Of a stretch of 64,000 nucleotides of DNA, positions 28,101 through 36,255 are shown in pieces. The translations under genes and the position numbers were made by a program. Each line of letters starts with the position of its first letter. Within the stretch, counting starts at the first letter, position 1. The DNA is from Desulfatiglandales bacterium (GTDB lineage: Bacteria > Desulfobacterota > DSM-4660 > Desulfatiglandales > HGW-15): NCBI GenBank assembly GCA_963667015.2, contig CAXXJJ010000004.1:864001-928000 (forward strand), written 5' to 3'. The notes beneath the pieces were generated by a model, which saw nothing but the letters and a program-made list of their open reading frames with translations, did not search any database and was not told the DNA's origin.

Positions 28101-31100
28101 TCAACAAACTCCTCGCTTTCAAAGGCATTCATGAACGTCAACCCGGCCAAGGGTACCCCTTACGAGATAAAAGAGAAAAATCAGTAACCGGTGATACCAG
28201 GACTCTTTACCAGCGTACAAACATAAAACCATGGCCGTCTGATTTTCCGAATGTCACAAATCATACTCATGTAAGCAAATTAAAAAGTCACCCAAAATAT
28301 AAGGCAGGTAAAGCCGGAGATGTGGAGTCCGCCATTGAGGTAGCTCGGGACCTCGTAAACATTGAAAAGGCAAAGGCTTTAAAAGAGAAACACCCAAACG
28401 CGATACTTGTGCCTGTCATCTCTCTTGAAAGCGGGGGACATAATAAACTACCTTTAGAACTGGCTATTGCCATATCTGAAATAACAGGCCTTGAATTCAC
28501 TCATGACATATATCAGACCAATTATGTTGATAGAACGCATGAAGATGAGATAGGCAAATTATTGACTCCGATAGCGTTTGATGGTAATATTATTGAAGGT
28601 CAGGAATACATCCTGGTTGATGATGCTGTTGGTCAGGGCGGGACGCTTTCCTCACTCCGGCATTTTATAGAGAACAATGGCGGGATAGTTGTAGATGTCA
28701 CCGCATTCGGATCCGGCAGATACGCATCAAGGCTCTCGGTAAAACCTGAAACAATAAAAAAAATCGAGACAGAACATGGCAGAGAACAAACAGAAAAATT
28801 CCTTAAAGACTTCAACATCGCAGGAACCCTTGAGTCCCTCACAGAAAAACAGGCTCGAAAGATCCTCAGCAAGAGCCTTGACGAGCTTAGAGCTGAAGCA
28901 GTTAAAAGAGGATACAGCCCAGGCAGTGAAGATGTCCAGGGGCAGATTCAAAGACCTGGCGTAACTGATCGCAAGCTGTATCAAAATGAAATCCCTTCCA
29001 TACGCCACTGGATTGCAAGTAAGGGCGGAGTTAATCCCAATGACAAGACATGGAAAGGTGAATTTAATGATTTAAAAACAAAAAAAGGATTTCCCAAGAA
29101 TTTCTGGAATGAAAACGCCCTCAGCCTTGATGACCTGACTGCAACCGCAATAACCGAAGGCTGGTTACCTCCCGGGAGCACGGATCAGGATTTATTTGAC
29201 GCTATCGAAAGTAACATGGAAAGCCCGTTTACTTCCGATATTGACGCAGACTTAAAAGCATATAATGAATGGGCATGGGAGAATTATGATGGTGATGAAC
29301 AAGCGATTAGAAGAGATGAAGAACAGGTTAGAGCCGATCTTAACAACAAAATTAGAAGAGCGGCTGAAAACCTTGCTAAAAGAAAGGCTGTTGAAGAAGT
29401 ATCAAAAAAATTAGGGATCGATGTTGAGTTAACTGCAGATGATGAAAATTATCTTCAGGAACTATCAGAAGTCGAATACAATAACCTTTTTGATACTGAA
29501 ACCACTGGCAATCGCGGTTCAATAGAAAATCTCTTCACTGATGATCCTGCTATCATCCGAGCTTTTCAGGGCGCGGACCCCTCCACTCCAATACACGAAA
29601 CAGGTCACTTACTAACCAAAATTCTATATAAAACCAGGCGCGAAGACTATCTGGCACTTGCTGACTGGGCCGGAGTAGAACAGGAAAGGGCTGATCAGGG
29701 TATTAACACCTGGTCCGATGAAGAGCTTGAAAAGGTCGCCCGTGGATTTGAACGGTATATCATGGAGGGCAAGGCACCTACCATGCGCCTGCAACCCATA
29801 TTCAGGAAGTTCAAGCAATGGCTGATACAAATCTATAGATCGGTTACCGCGTTAAATGTAGATATCTCACCAAAGGTCAGGGAAGTTTTTGACCGCCTCG
29901 TTTCAACCGAAGAGGAAAGGATCAATGATCCTGTCATGGGTGTCCTCGAATGGTTAAATGTCGATAATGTTAATGCGTCCATAAGACCGGGATCTCCCGT
30001 CTCATATGAGAATATCACAGCCCGGGCTAAAAAAACCGTCCTCAGCCGGGTACTGGAAAAAAGAAAGAAGGATAAAAAGACAATCGCCAAACAGTTCAGG
30101 CAGGCTGCGGATGAACTTGTTGAGGATATGGATGTTTATCATATCATGAATGATCTGGTTGGACTCCAGGGTCTTGATATGTTTGCGATCAAGGCCGAAT
30201 ACGGTGAACGCATAGTAAAAGACTTAAATGAGAAAAAAAGAGGATTGGCTACTGAAAACGGTGTGGATCCGGAAAAATACTCCGGAATGTGGGGATATGA
30301 TTCGGTCGGGGACATGATTAACGAGATTCTATCCTCGGACGATAAAAAGTCGGCGGCAAATGAAATATACAAAAGGCTATGGGCCGAATATGAAAATGTG
30401 CTTAATGAGGACCATGTTGATATTTATGGCCAGGTAATCGATGAAGAGATAAAGATTCTTGATGAGTTACTGGGTAAAGAGACAAAGGCCGAGAAATCCC
30501 CAAAATCAATTATCAGGGAAAAAACTGGCCAGGTAAGGCCCGAAGATTACAGAAAATTAAGGGATGATCTGAAGAGAGATGAATCAACTACACGCCAGGC
30601 ATTTCGGCAGGGCAAACTTGAAGAGGCCGCAAGATTAAAAAGGAAACAGAAAGAAACGGTTTCCAAGATGCGGAGAGCGGTTAAAGACTCCCGTGAACGT
30701 ACAAAAACAATAAAAAGGATGAAAAGCTACTTAAGGATGAAGGTCAATACGTTGCCCGTAGATTACAAAGAACAGATTGCTGACATCCTTAATCGTTATT
30801 TTGTATTACCTCCCAAATACCAGAGGATACGCGCCCGTGAATCCCTTGAGAACCTGCTTGACCGTGCTGAAGCTGAAGGGGAAAACGTGGATGTTCCCCG
30901 CATGATCTTCAGAAATAAGCTTCCGGATCCTCCGTCTCAAAGACAGGTGAAAGAGTACACGACCCGTACCGGTAGAACGGTAAAAGCTCATAACGCCAAT
31001 GAACCAATGTCCCTGGAAGATATACAGATTATTGCTCAACTTGTGGATTCAATAGCATACCTGGGAAAAACAAAGGGTAAACTAATTGCGGGAAACCGGA

Positions 31101-33163
31101 AAAGAGACCTTGAGGAAACTGTAAAAAATCTTGTTGAAAAAATATTCTCCGCCCACAAACCAAAGCCCGAACAAACCCCGTGGGAAATCATCGATAAGGA
31201 GCAAAAAAAGGTCCAGGCCGTCGAACGAATGAAGACTTTTTTCCTTGAGGAGCTTGATCAACCGGAGTTTATAGTCAGGGCATTGGACGGATGGGAGGAC
31301 CTGGGGCCTGTCTGGGAAGAAATAATAAAGCCCATTAAAGAGGCATGGGATAAAGAGCTGGTTATGGGTTCTGACATTACCAATGAATTGAAAAATGCCT
31401 TTGATAAAGCGGGGGCTGACAGAGCATGGGCAAATGAAAAGGTTGAAATTACACTCGGGCCTGAAGGGGAAGAAAAATCCGGTAATCGGAGGAAAGAGGA
31501 ATTGTTTATGATTGCTCTTAACTCTGGTAATGAAGGAAACAGGGCTGCACTTAAACAGGGTTACGGGTATACCGATGCTCAGTTAAACACTATCTGGGAG
31601 TCTTTGAGTAAAAAAGAAAAACAGCTTTGTCATGACATATGGGATATCCTGGACAGTCTCTTCCCGATGCTTGAAGATGTTCATCTTAAACATACCGGCG
31701 CCCGTCTCATAAAGGTTGAAGGTAAATATTTTCCATTGATGTTTGACCGGTCACTTTCCGAGGTGGCTGAAAAATATTCACAAGAAAGAGAGCTCAAAGA
31801 TATTTTTGCCTCGGAATATCATATGACAAAGCCGGAGTGGGGGCACAGAAAAGAGCGCGTAGGCGGGAAAATGCCTCCGCTTCTCTCTATAAGTGTGCTG
31901 CAGGAACATGTGCAGAAAACAATCCATGACATAACTCATCAACTGGCTGTTCGTGATATACAAAAAATAATTTCTCATCCCCGTTTCCGGGAAGCTGTTA
32001 AACGCACATTAGGAGAACGAACCTACAGGCAGCTCATGCCATGGCTTCAGCATGTCGCAAGACCGACATATGAGCATAACAACTCATCTACTGAATGGTT
32101 CTGGAAACATCTGAGAAAGACGTCTACCCTGGTGAATATGGGATTTAAATTAACCACTGCAGCGGATCAGTGGACGGCGATTTTACTGGCTGCCCCCGAA
32201 ATCGGGTCAATGCGAATTCTTCAGGGCTTGAAACAGTTTTACCGGGATCCAAAAAATTCAATTAAATGGGTTCATGAATTAAGCCCACAGATGCGTTTTA
32301 GGTCAAAGCAGTTTGACAGGGATCTTAACCAGTTCGGGAACTCTTTTGATCCGAAATCCATAGCATGGACCGAAGACGTAAAAGACGCCGCGTTCTGGCT
32401 TATTAAATTGAATGACCTGGCTGTGACTTACCCTGTCTGGATTGGATCATATCATAAAGGGATGAGCAAGTTTAACGGGGATCAGGACAGCGCTGTTGAG
32501 TACGCGGATATGATTGTCAGAAAAACACAATCAACGGCCGCACCGTGGGTGTTATCAGCATTCCAGCGGGGGGGGAAAACTAAGAGCGAAGCAGTTAAGA
32601 TGGTCGGTATGTTTTACACGTTTTTCGCCACGTTCAAGAATCAGATGAGAGAGGTTCATAGGCGATATGGCGCCAAGGACATTAACACGGTTCAGTTAAT
32701 GGCTGCTTATTGGTGGAAAGTTATTTTACCCGGTTCCCTGGGAGGGGCCTTGATCCCGAAACTGGCATTATGGGCGCTTTTTGGTGAGGATGATGACGAA
32801 CCTGAAAAACTTATAAAGAAAATACCAAAAAATCTTGTTGGCTACTATCTGGGAGGCGTACCGATCCTGAGGGATGTTGTAAACGGCATGATGAATAATT
32901 ATGGGTACTCCTTTACCCCGATCGAAGAGGCATTTGAATCAGCTGTTAATTTGGGAAAGGGAATTACAAACCCCGATTACTGGACATCTAGAAAGCTGGT
33001 TAAAGGAGTTATAAAAACAACAGGCTATATTTTCGGATTACCATCGGCGCAGATCAATATAACGCTTGAAGGAATGCTGGACCTTATGAGCGGTGAGACT
33101 GAAGATCCATCAAAACTTCTTTTTTATAAAGAAGATAAAAAGCAGAGGAAATATAAAAGATAA
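25097..33163 (+). CDS. Giant polyvalent ejection protein with zeta-toxin-like kinase, PRTase and HExxH zincin domains
   Basis: GLPWAGKST Walker A with NSDDVK..HEES (from about 27455), ILVDDAVGQGGTL PRPP loop (about 28610-28648), PIHETGH (29594-29608). Confidence 0.88.
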   Translation: MKTKMNDDFDLDLSGIQQSGGTKTVNEDDIDVTGIKPDASLKRWFGSFVQRSKESVRSIARSQRLDILFGHDPYINPELMQNPMAYAEALRLREVSKRNRAINELSEEIPDLQPTEADIQMRMIDVDKRDRQEIASWWEGLERSEFLQTAPEYEGISSGMIEDITGAIGSSWLGSLSVGVNPVIGSEVIFRQMHGATSESLEKKGVPLEKAHFAGQAAAAISLPLELLGEAFKFKAFFPNTGKWVTRLLLAGEAFGGEALTEYLQQYPETGAEIWAMNPDLLAEELILHMGDAFWSLDFQKEAGYSGLIGGFAALGTAGAVQASVGSVNYLISEKQRRINKAKSQKFADLISKENPSAQDVQELIKLAGIQKNILTDIKGDNLSDIVEEVKARVMFQSEPIKSIARDQIKSTIKLHKNFTNEHAEAYMAIWDGIAHSLTESGDISSPDEFYNMWRFENESGESVTGRNVLYQSGERVVQFMGYQDLLMTGQPQPVFEIIESPDTAEIGSTLTERGLKERLIEVPEYSRAEYKSSLSPERRADLLWKEVEKGPEALQRSRQKYIKETVGIDIGPQFEKDKSYLRSTPKQEVPIQDVINNPKATETEVIAEKLKLKSQVVAGVQSGAFDGAVRFGTVDEIKSILKEGRMQASAEYGAIHAQPIMGKNDNTFAAYGSYKKHNMAIVFPKESVRKKPEAHTKEVLIDDKVNVRDLKFLIDGHEKIYTFDELEGALKQKPAEARTLYQQQLPQKAHIPVTPEEEKALIDMAFEGKVPATEKGERPDIKLTAGLPWAGKSTSLDAVADKDRVIANSDDVKKQAGYASEADKFHEESSKIAKKIVDKALAEDYHLTYDSLLSNFDLADKIINDALDQGKDVSVHFAYVDAITSRVRSLVRVFEGKSERQIPDGAIIKGHNRVLPTFMELYKKYGKNPDVHFYLKDNNVDFRNPVPIIENSVIINSKAFDNIRDIEYNKISTEDGVRYERKEKETTESLRNEEAEINQRINKLLAFKGIHERQPGQGYPLRDKREKSVTGDTRTLYQRTNIKPWPSDFPNVTNHTHVSKLKSHPKYKAGKAGDVESAIEVARDLVNIEKAKALKEKHPNAILVPVISLESGGHNKLPLELAIAISEITGLEFTHDIYQTNYVDRTHEDEIGKLLTPIAFDGNIIEGQEYILVDDAVGQGGTLSSLRHFIENNGGIVVDVTAFGSGRYASRLSVKPETIKKIETEHGREQTEKFLKDFNIAGTLESLTEKQARKILSKSLDELRAEAVKRGYSPGSEDVQGQIQRPGVTDRKLYQNEIPSIRHWIASKGGVNPNDKTWKGEFNDLKTKKGFPKNFWNENALSLDDLTATAITEGWLPPGSTDQDLFDAIESNMESPFTSDIDADLKAYNEWAWENYDGDEQAIRRDEEQVRADLNNKIRRAAENLAKRKAVEEVSKKLGIDVELTADDENYLQELSEVEYNNLFDTETTGNRGSIENLFTDDPAIIRAFQGADPSTPIHETGHLLTKILYKTRREDYLALADWAGVEQERADQGINTWSDEELEKVARGFERYIMEGKAPTMRLQPIFRKFKQWLIQIYRSVTALNVDISPKVREVFDRLVSTEEERINDPVMGVLEWLNVDNVNASIRPGSPVSYENITARAKKTVLSRVLEKRKKDKKTIAKQFRQAADELVEDMDVYHIMNDLVGLQGLDMFAIKAEYGERIVKDLNEKKRGLATENGVDPEKYSGMWGYDSVGDMINEILSSDDKKSAANEIYKRLWAEYENVLNEDHVDIYGQVIDEEIKILDELLGKETKAEKSPKSIIREKTGQVRPEDYRKLRDDLKRDESTTRQAFRQGKLEEAARLKRKQKETVSKMRRAVKDSRERTKTIKRMKSYLRMKVNTLPVDYKEQIADILNRYFVLPPKYQRIRARESLENLLDRAEAEGENVDVPRMIFRNKLPDPPSQRQVKEYTTRTGRTVKAHNANEPMSLEDIQIIAQLVDSIAYLGKTKGKLIAGNRKRDLEETVKNLVEKIFSAHKPKPEQTPWEIIDKEQKKVQAVERMKTFFLEELDQPEFIVRALDGWEDLGPVWEEIIKPIKEAWDKELVMGSDITNELKNAFDKAGADRAWANEKVEITLGPEGEEKSGNRRKEELFMIALNSGNEGNRAALKQGYGYTDAQLNTIWESLSKKEKQLCHDIWDILDSLFPMLEDVHLKHTGARLIKVEGKYFPLMFDRSLSEVAEKYSQERELKDIFASEYHMTKPEWGHRKERVGGKMPPLLSISVLQEHVQKTIHDITHQLAVRDIQKIISHPRFREAVKRTLGERTYRQLMPWLQHVARPTYEHNNSSTEWFWKHLRKTSTLVNMGFKLTTAADQWTAILLAAPEIGSMRILQGLKQFYRDPKNSIKWVHELSPQMRFRSKQFDRDLNQFGNSFDPKSIAWTEDVKDAAFWLIKLNDLAVTYPVWIGSYHKGMSKFNGDQDSAVEYADMIVRKTQSTAAPWVLSAFQRGGKTKSEAVKMVGMFYTFFATFKNQMREVHRRYGAKDINTVQLMAAYWWKVILPGSLGGALIPKLALWALFGEDDDEPEKLIKKIPKNLVGYYLGGVPILRDVVNGMMNNYGYSFTPIEEAFESAVNLGKGITNPDYWTSRKLVKGVIKTTGYIFGLPSAQINITLEGMLDLMSGETEDPSKLLFYKEDKKQRKYKR
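27978..28006 (+). promoter_or_regulatory. Consensus sigma70 promoter inside the giant gene
   Basis: TTGACA (27978-83), 17 nt, TATAAT (28001-06). Confidence 0.85.
28035..28187 (+). CDS. Nested +1-frame 50-aa ORF, candidate antitoxin of the zeta-like domain
   Basis: GGAG SD at 28025-28, ATG 28035; MSEKKKKQPNPSEMKKLKSISESTNSSLSKAFMNVNPAKGTPYEIKEKNQ*. Confidence 0.7.
   Translation: MSEKKKKQPNPSEMKKLKSISESTNSSLSKAFMNVNPAKGTPYEIKEKNQ
28776..28964 (+). CDS. Nested +1-frame 62-aa ORF, candidate partner of the PRTase domain
   Basis: ATG with weak GAG SD; stops just before the RKLYQ linker. Confidence 0.6.
   Translation: MAENKQKNSLKTSTSQEPLSPSQKNRLERSSARALTSLELKQLKEDTAQAVKMSRGRFKDLA
29286..29414 (+). 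CDS. Nested +1-frame 42-aa helical ORF
   Basis: TATAAT at 29261, GGGAG SD at 29277; MMVMNKRLEEMKNRLEPILTTKLEERLKTLLKERLLKKYQKN*. Confidence 0.4.
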   Translation: MMVMNKRLEEMKNRLEPILTTKLEERLKTLLKERLLKKYQKN

Positions 33164-33189
33164 ATATTTGACTTATACCGAGAAAGGAT

Positions 33190-33492
33190 TTGAGCATGAA
33201 TGTAGATCTGGAAGCATTGAAAACAGTTGGGTATGTAATTGGTGCAGCAGCCGGTGGAATGGGTGCGGGGATAGCAGCCGTAAAAACATGGCCTATCTGG
33301 AGAAAGAACAGCAATGATAAAAAAAAGTGCTCTGATCCGGATTGTCATGATCTTGTAATTATTACCGCTGAAAAGGTTGAAACCCTGGAAGATGGCCAGG
33401 CAGAGATCTTTAAAAAGCTGAATGATATTAATACAAATATGCCTTCCAGGATTGTGACTCTTTTAAAAGATACAAAAGGTTTACTTCAATAA
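33190..33492 (+). CDS. Holin-like membrane protein
   Basis: One N-terminal TM segment; precedes the lysin. Confidence 0.6.
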   Translation: MSMNVDLEALKTVGYVIGAAAGGMGAGIAAVKTWPIWRKNSNDKKKCSDPDCHDLVIITAEKVETLEDGQAEIFKKLNDINTNMPSRIVTLLKDTKGLLQ

Positions 33493-33557
33493 CAGGGGCT
33501 GCCGTGCCTTATTTTGATTTTGGAAATAATGGAAAAACCTAAATATAGGGGTTAAAG

Positions 33558-33962
33558 ATGATACCTGTGATAGAAATTATAAGGCTTGAGGAAAGCGCCC
33601 GGGGAACATTCGGAGTGCTGAGAATACAAAAAGAGGTATTTTGTGTAACCCTGGAACCCCCGGATCAGGAGAATGCAAAGGATATTTCATCTATCCCCGC
33701 ACAGCAGTACATATGTGATAAGGTGAATTCTCCGAAATATGGTGAAACATTTGAGGTAAAAGGAGTTCCTGGCCGGGATTATGTTCTTTTACATGCGGGC
33801 AATGTAGTGGAACATACAAAGGGGTGCATCCTGCTGGCTCAGTATTTTGGAAAGCTGAGAGGTGAAAGGGCTGTGCTCAATAGTGGAAATACGTTCAAAG
33901 AGTTCATGTCAGCCATGAACGACTACGAATCTTTTAAGCTGACGATTAAAGAAGAATATTAA
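33558..33962 (+). CDS. DUF5675 family putative endolysin
   Basis: TLEPP, SIPA, LHAGN..HTKGCIL motifs. Confidence 0.8.
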   Translation: MIPVIEIIRLEESARGTFGVLRIQKEVFCVTLEPPDQENAKDISSIPAQQYICDKVNSPKYGETFEVKGVPGRDYVLLHAGNVVEHTKGCILLAQYFGKLRGERAVLNSGNTFKEFMSAMNDYESFKLTIKEEY

Positions 33963-33970
33963 TAAAACAT

Positions 33971-34312
33971 ATGAGATCCCCAGTATTACTTTTTGTTCTT
34001 TGTTTCCTTCTGTTTGCTAATACTGTTTTAGCACGGGAAATAACTCTGACCTGGGACGCAAACAGTGAGCCGGATCTGTCGCATTATGTGGTTTATTGGG
34101 GCGAGAGTTCCGGGCAGTATTCTAATAACAGTGGTGATATCGGGCTTGTCACGACTTATAAATGCACCCTTCCTGATGATGGTAAGGTTTATTATTTTGC
34201 GGTTACGGCAGTCGATGAAGCAGGGCTGGAATCGGATTATTCTAATGAGGTGCATACACCGGATTTGCCACCTCCAACATTTATCTTCAAGAAAAAGGAG
34301 CCTAAAAAATGA
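33971..34312 (+). CDS. Secreted fibronectin type III protein
   Basis: Signal peptide; LTWDAN.EPDL..Y..Y, YFAVTA, ESDYSNEV. Confidence 0.85.
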   Translation: MRSPVLLFVLCFLLFANTVLAREITLTWDANSEPDLSHYVVYWGESSGQYSNNSGDIGLVTTYKCTLPDDGKVYYFAVTAVDEAGLESDYSNEVHTPDLPPPTFIFKKKEPKK

Positions 34313-34632
34313 TTGAAGCAAGACTGGCAGAGTATGAAGTGGAAATTCCTCCGTCAACAAGTGAGGATGTGGCCGGGTACCTGATGTATTTTTGCCCAGA
34401 GGCTGAAGAAATAACAGAGGACACACCGCATATTGACCTGGGAAAGGTTGATAGTTTTACATTTCCAGGGGATCACGAAGAGCTGAAAGGCCTTAACGGG
34501 AATTACCGTGTAGCAGGACGGTCTTATGATAAATTTGGCAACCTGGGGCAGTCGGGAGAAGAGATAATAGTCCCTTTGGATTCAGTGCCTCCGGCACCCC
34601 CGGGGGCATTCGTTTTTATTTTAAAAAAATAA
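34309..34632 (+). CDS. FN3-like protein
   Basis: DVAGY.MY...YDKFGN...D..PP.PP. Confidence 0.7.
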   Translation: MIEARLAEYEVEIPPSTSEDVAGYLMYFCPEAEEITEDTPHIDLGKVDSFTFPGDHEELKGLNGNYRVAGRSYDKFGNLGQSGEEIIVPLDSVPPAPPGAFVFILKK

Positions 34633-34668
34633 TTGAATGGTTGAAACGGCTTTTCAAACAATAGAGGT

Positions 34669-35244
34669 GTGAAAATGAAACTCGGACAGATATTAACGAA
34701 AATAGGTAAAGGAGTGATTAAAGATGTCGTTCCCCTGGCCGGAACGGTATTCGATATTGTTGAGGAATTTACCGGGGAAAAATATGACCGCGAAACTACT
34801 ACCGGTCAGGATCTCCTGAAGGCTTGCAACGGTTTATCATCAGATGCCCAGGCGCAGATCTTCAGCAAGGAGCTGGATGTTGAGATTGTCCAGGAAGAAG
34901 AATGGACCAAACGATTTCAGGCCCTGAATCAGGCTGATGAATCGGGAAAAACCTCCAGACCCAAAATTGCATTGATGATCGCATATTCAGTATGTATCCC
35001 GGTGAATCTTTTTTCTATAGCATTGTTTATCGTTACACTTATGGGGAAACCGGAAATGGTTAAAGCATTAAGTGACTGTGCCTTGATCGTTCTTTCTCTC
35101 ATAGGCCCACTCTTGACTGTACTCTATGGATATTTTGGTATGAGGCGGGATGAAAAGAAAGCAAGATATAATCTTGCTGCAGGGCAATCTTCTCCTCTGG
35201 GGGTAATCGGGAAAATGGTCAGCGCTTTTAAGGGAGGAGCTTAA
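34669..35244 (+). CDS. Putative holin (GTA/3TM-holin-like)
   Basis: SRP then two TM helices, YFGMR..EK. Confidence 0.7.
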   Translation: MKMKLGQILTKIGKGVIKDVVPLAGTVFDIVEEFTGEKYDRETTTGQDLLKACNGLSSDAQAQIFSKELDVEIVQEEEWTKRFQALNQADESGKTSRPKIALMIAYSVCIPVNLFSIALFIVTLMGKPEMVKALSDCALIVLSLIGPLLTVLYGYFGMRRDEKKARYNLAAGQSSPLGVIGKMVSAFKGGA

Positions 35245-35308
35245 TTAATATTGACAAGAATTTAACCGTATAAGATAATTAACACACAATTTTATTATAT
35301 TCTGCATA

Positions 35309-35346
35309 GAAAGGCCGGGAGATTGTCTCCTGGCCTTTCGTTTTTT
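35309..35346 (+). terminator. Intrinsic terminator at the end of the late operon
   Basis: GAAAGGCCGGGAGA-TTG-TCTCCTGGCCTTTC followed by a T run. Confidence 0.85.
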
Positions 35347-35579
35347 TATTGACCACCCGGCCAGATCTTCACTCTTGAATTATCATTCCATAGATAGGGC
35401 TCGGATTCCGCTTTGTCAGCCGCTCTCCATTCGTCCTTCGTCGGATCTTCAACAAACCCAAACATTTCACATTTGTGACACTTCACCATCAGGCTTTTTC
35501 CCTGTTGAGTTTTATCCGTTATATACCATTCATGTTTACAGTCATTCATTTTATAATTAAATCGCTCAGGAAAGCACAC
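35346..35579 (-). CDS. Small Cys/His phage protein
   Basis: CKHEW...CHKC; true start may be the MNDC Met. Confidence 0.6.
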   Translation of the reverse strand: MCFPERFNYKMNDCKHEWYITDKTQQGKSLMVKCHKCEMFGFVEDPTKDEWRAADKAESEPYLWNDNSRVKIWPGGQ

Positions 35580-35925
35580 TTTTTATAACTATTCCCAAAG
35601 CCACTTTTATTGATTCAATTGTTAATGATTGTCCTTTATCGACGACATATTTCTTTGCTTTTTCCCAATTACCGCTGTTACGAGCCTGATCTAAGAATTC
35701 ATGACCGCTCCATGTAAGCCTATCAATATTGACTGCAATAGGAATATCTGATTCTTTTCTAAGTCTTTTTGAATAAAGAGGAATAGGTCCTTCTGCTAAA
35801 CCACCACTAATCAATAATGCCATATGATAGTAAATTTGATCCTCTGTATATTCGGATAGATCAACTTTTTCTTCTCCCTCAAAATGAATCAACAGTAGGC
35901 GTACTAAATCCATATCTCTTTTCAT
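35566..35925 (-). CDS. DUF2513 family protein (moron)
   Basis: GGAGGT SD; MKRDMDLVR...LTWSGHEFLD. Confidence 0.88.
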   Translation of the reverse strand: MKRDMDLVRLLLIHFEGEEKVDLSEYTEDQIYYHMALLISGGLAEGPIPLYSKRLRKESDIPIAVNIDRLTWSGHEFLDQARNSGNWEKAKKYVVDKGQSLTIESIKVALGIVIKSVLS

Positions 35926-36171
35926 TTTGTATTTACCTCCTCTTCTTATCGTTAGATTTGCGATTTCCTCTTTTACAATACTATTTGTTCTTTGACAAAT
36001 TCTCTTCACATTATCCTTATATTTTTAAGGCAATAATCCACATGTTTAAAAAAGCAAAATCCAACCCTTTATCTCCATGTAAAAGAATGCTACATTCCAG
36101 AAATATTCCAGTAAACTTATTTTAGGCGTGTAAGTTATTGATTTAATAGGTACTTATTTTTAAGTAGACGA

Positions 36172-36196
36172 GTTCGATTCCCATGCACTTCCGCCA
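36172..36196 (+). other. attR core: duplicated 3' end of a tRNA, most likely tRNA-Sec
   Basis: GTTCGATTCCCATGCACTTCCGCCA (T loop, long acceptor strand ending CTTCC-G-CCA) with no 5' half; flanked by TAAGTTATTGATTT and TAATTGATTTT. Confidence 0.8.
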
Positions 36197-36255
36197 TATG
36201 TAATTGATTTTATTTATTATTTTACTTAATTTACGCTCCCCATTTTATCATAAAA

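Larger units (their letters stand above)
1..36196. mobile_element. Temperate podovirus-like prophage, right-hand part; integrase and attL lie left of the window
   Basis: Ordered modules (repressor/cro, replication, terminase, portal, scaffold, capsid, tail tube, ejection proteins, lysis) ending at a tRNA 3' fragment. Confidence 0.93.
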
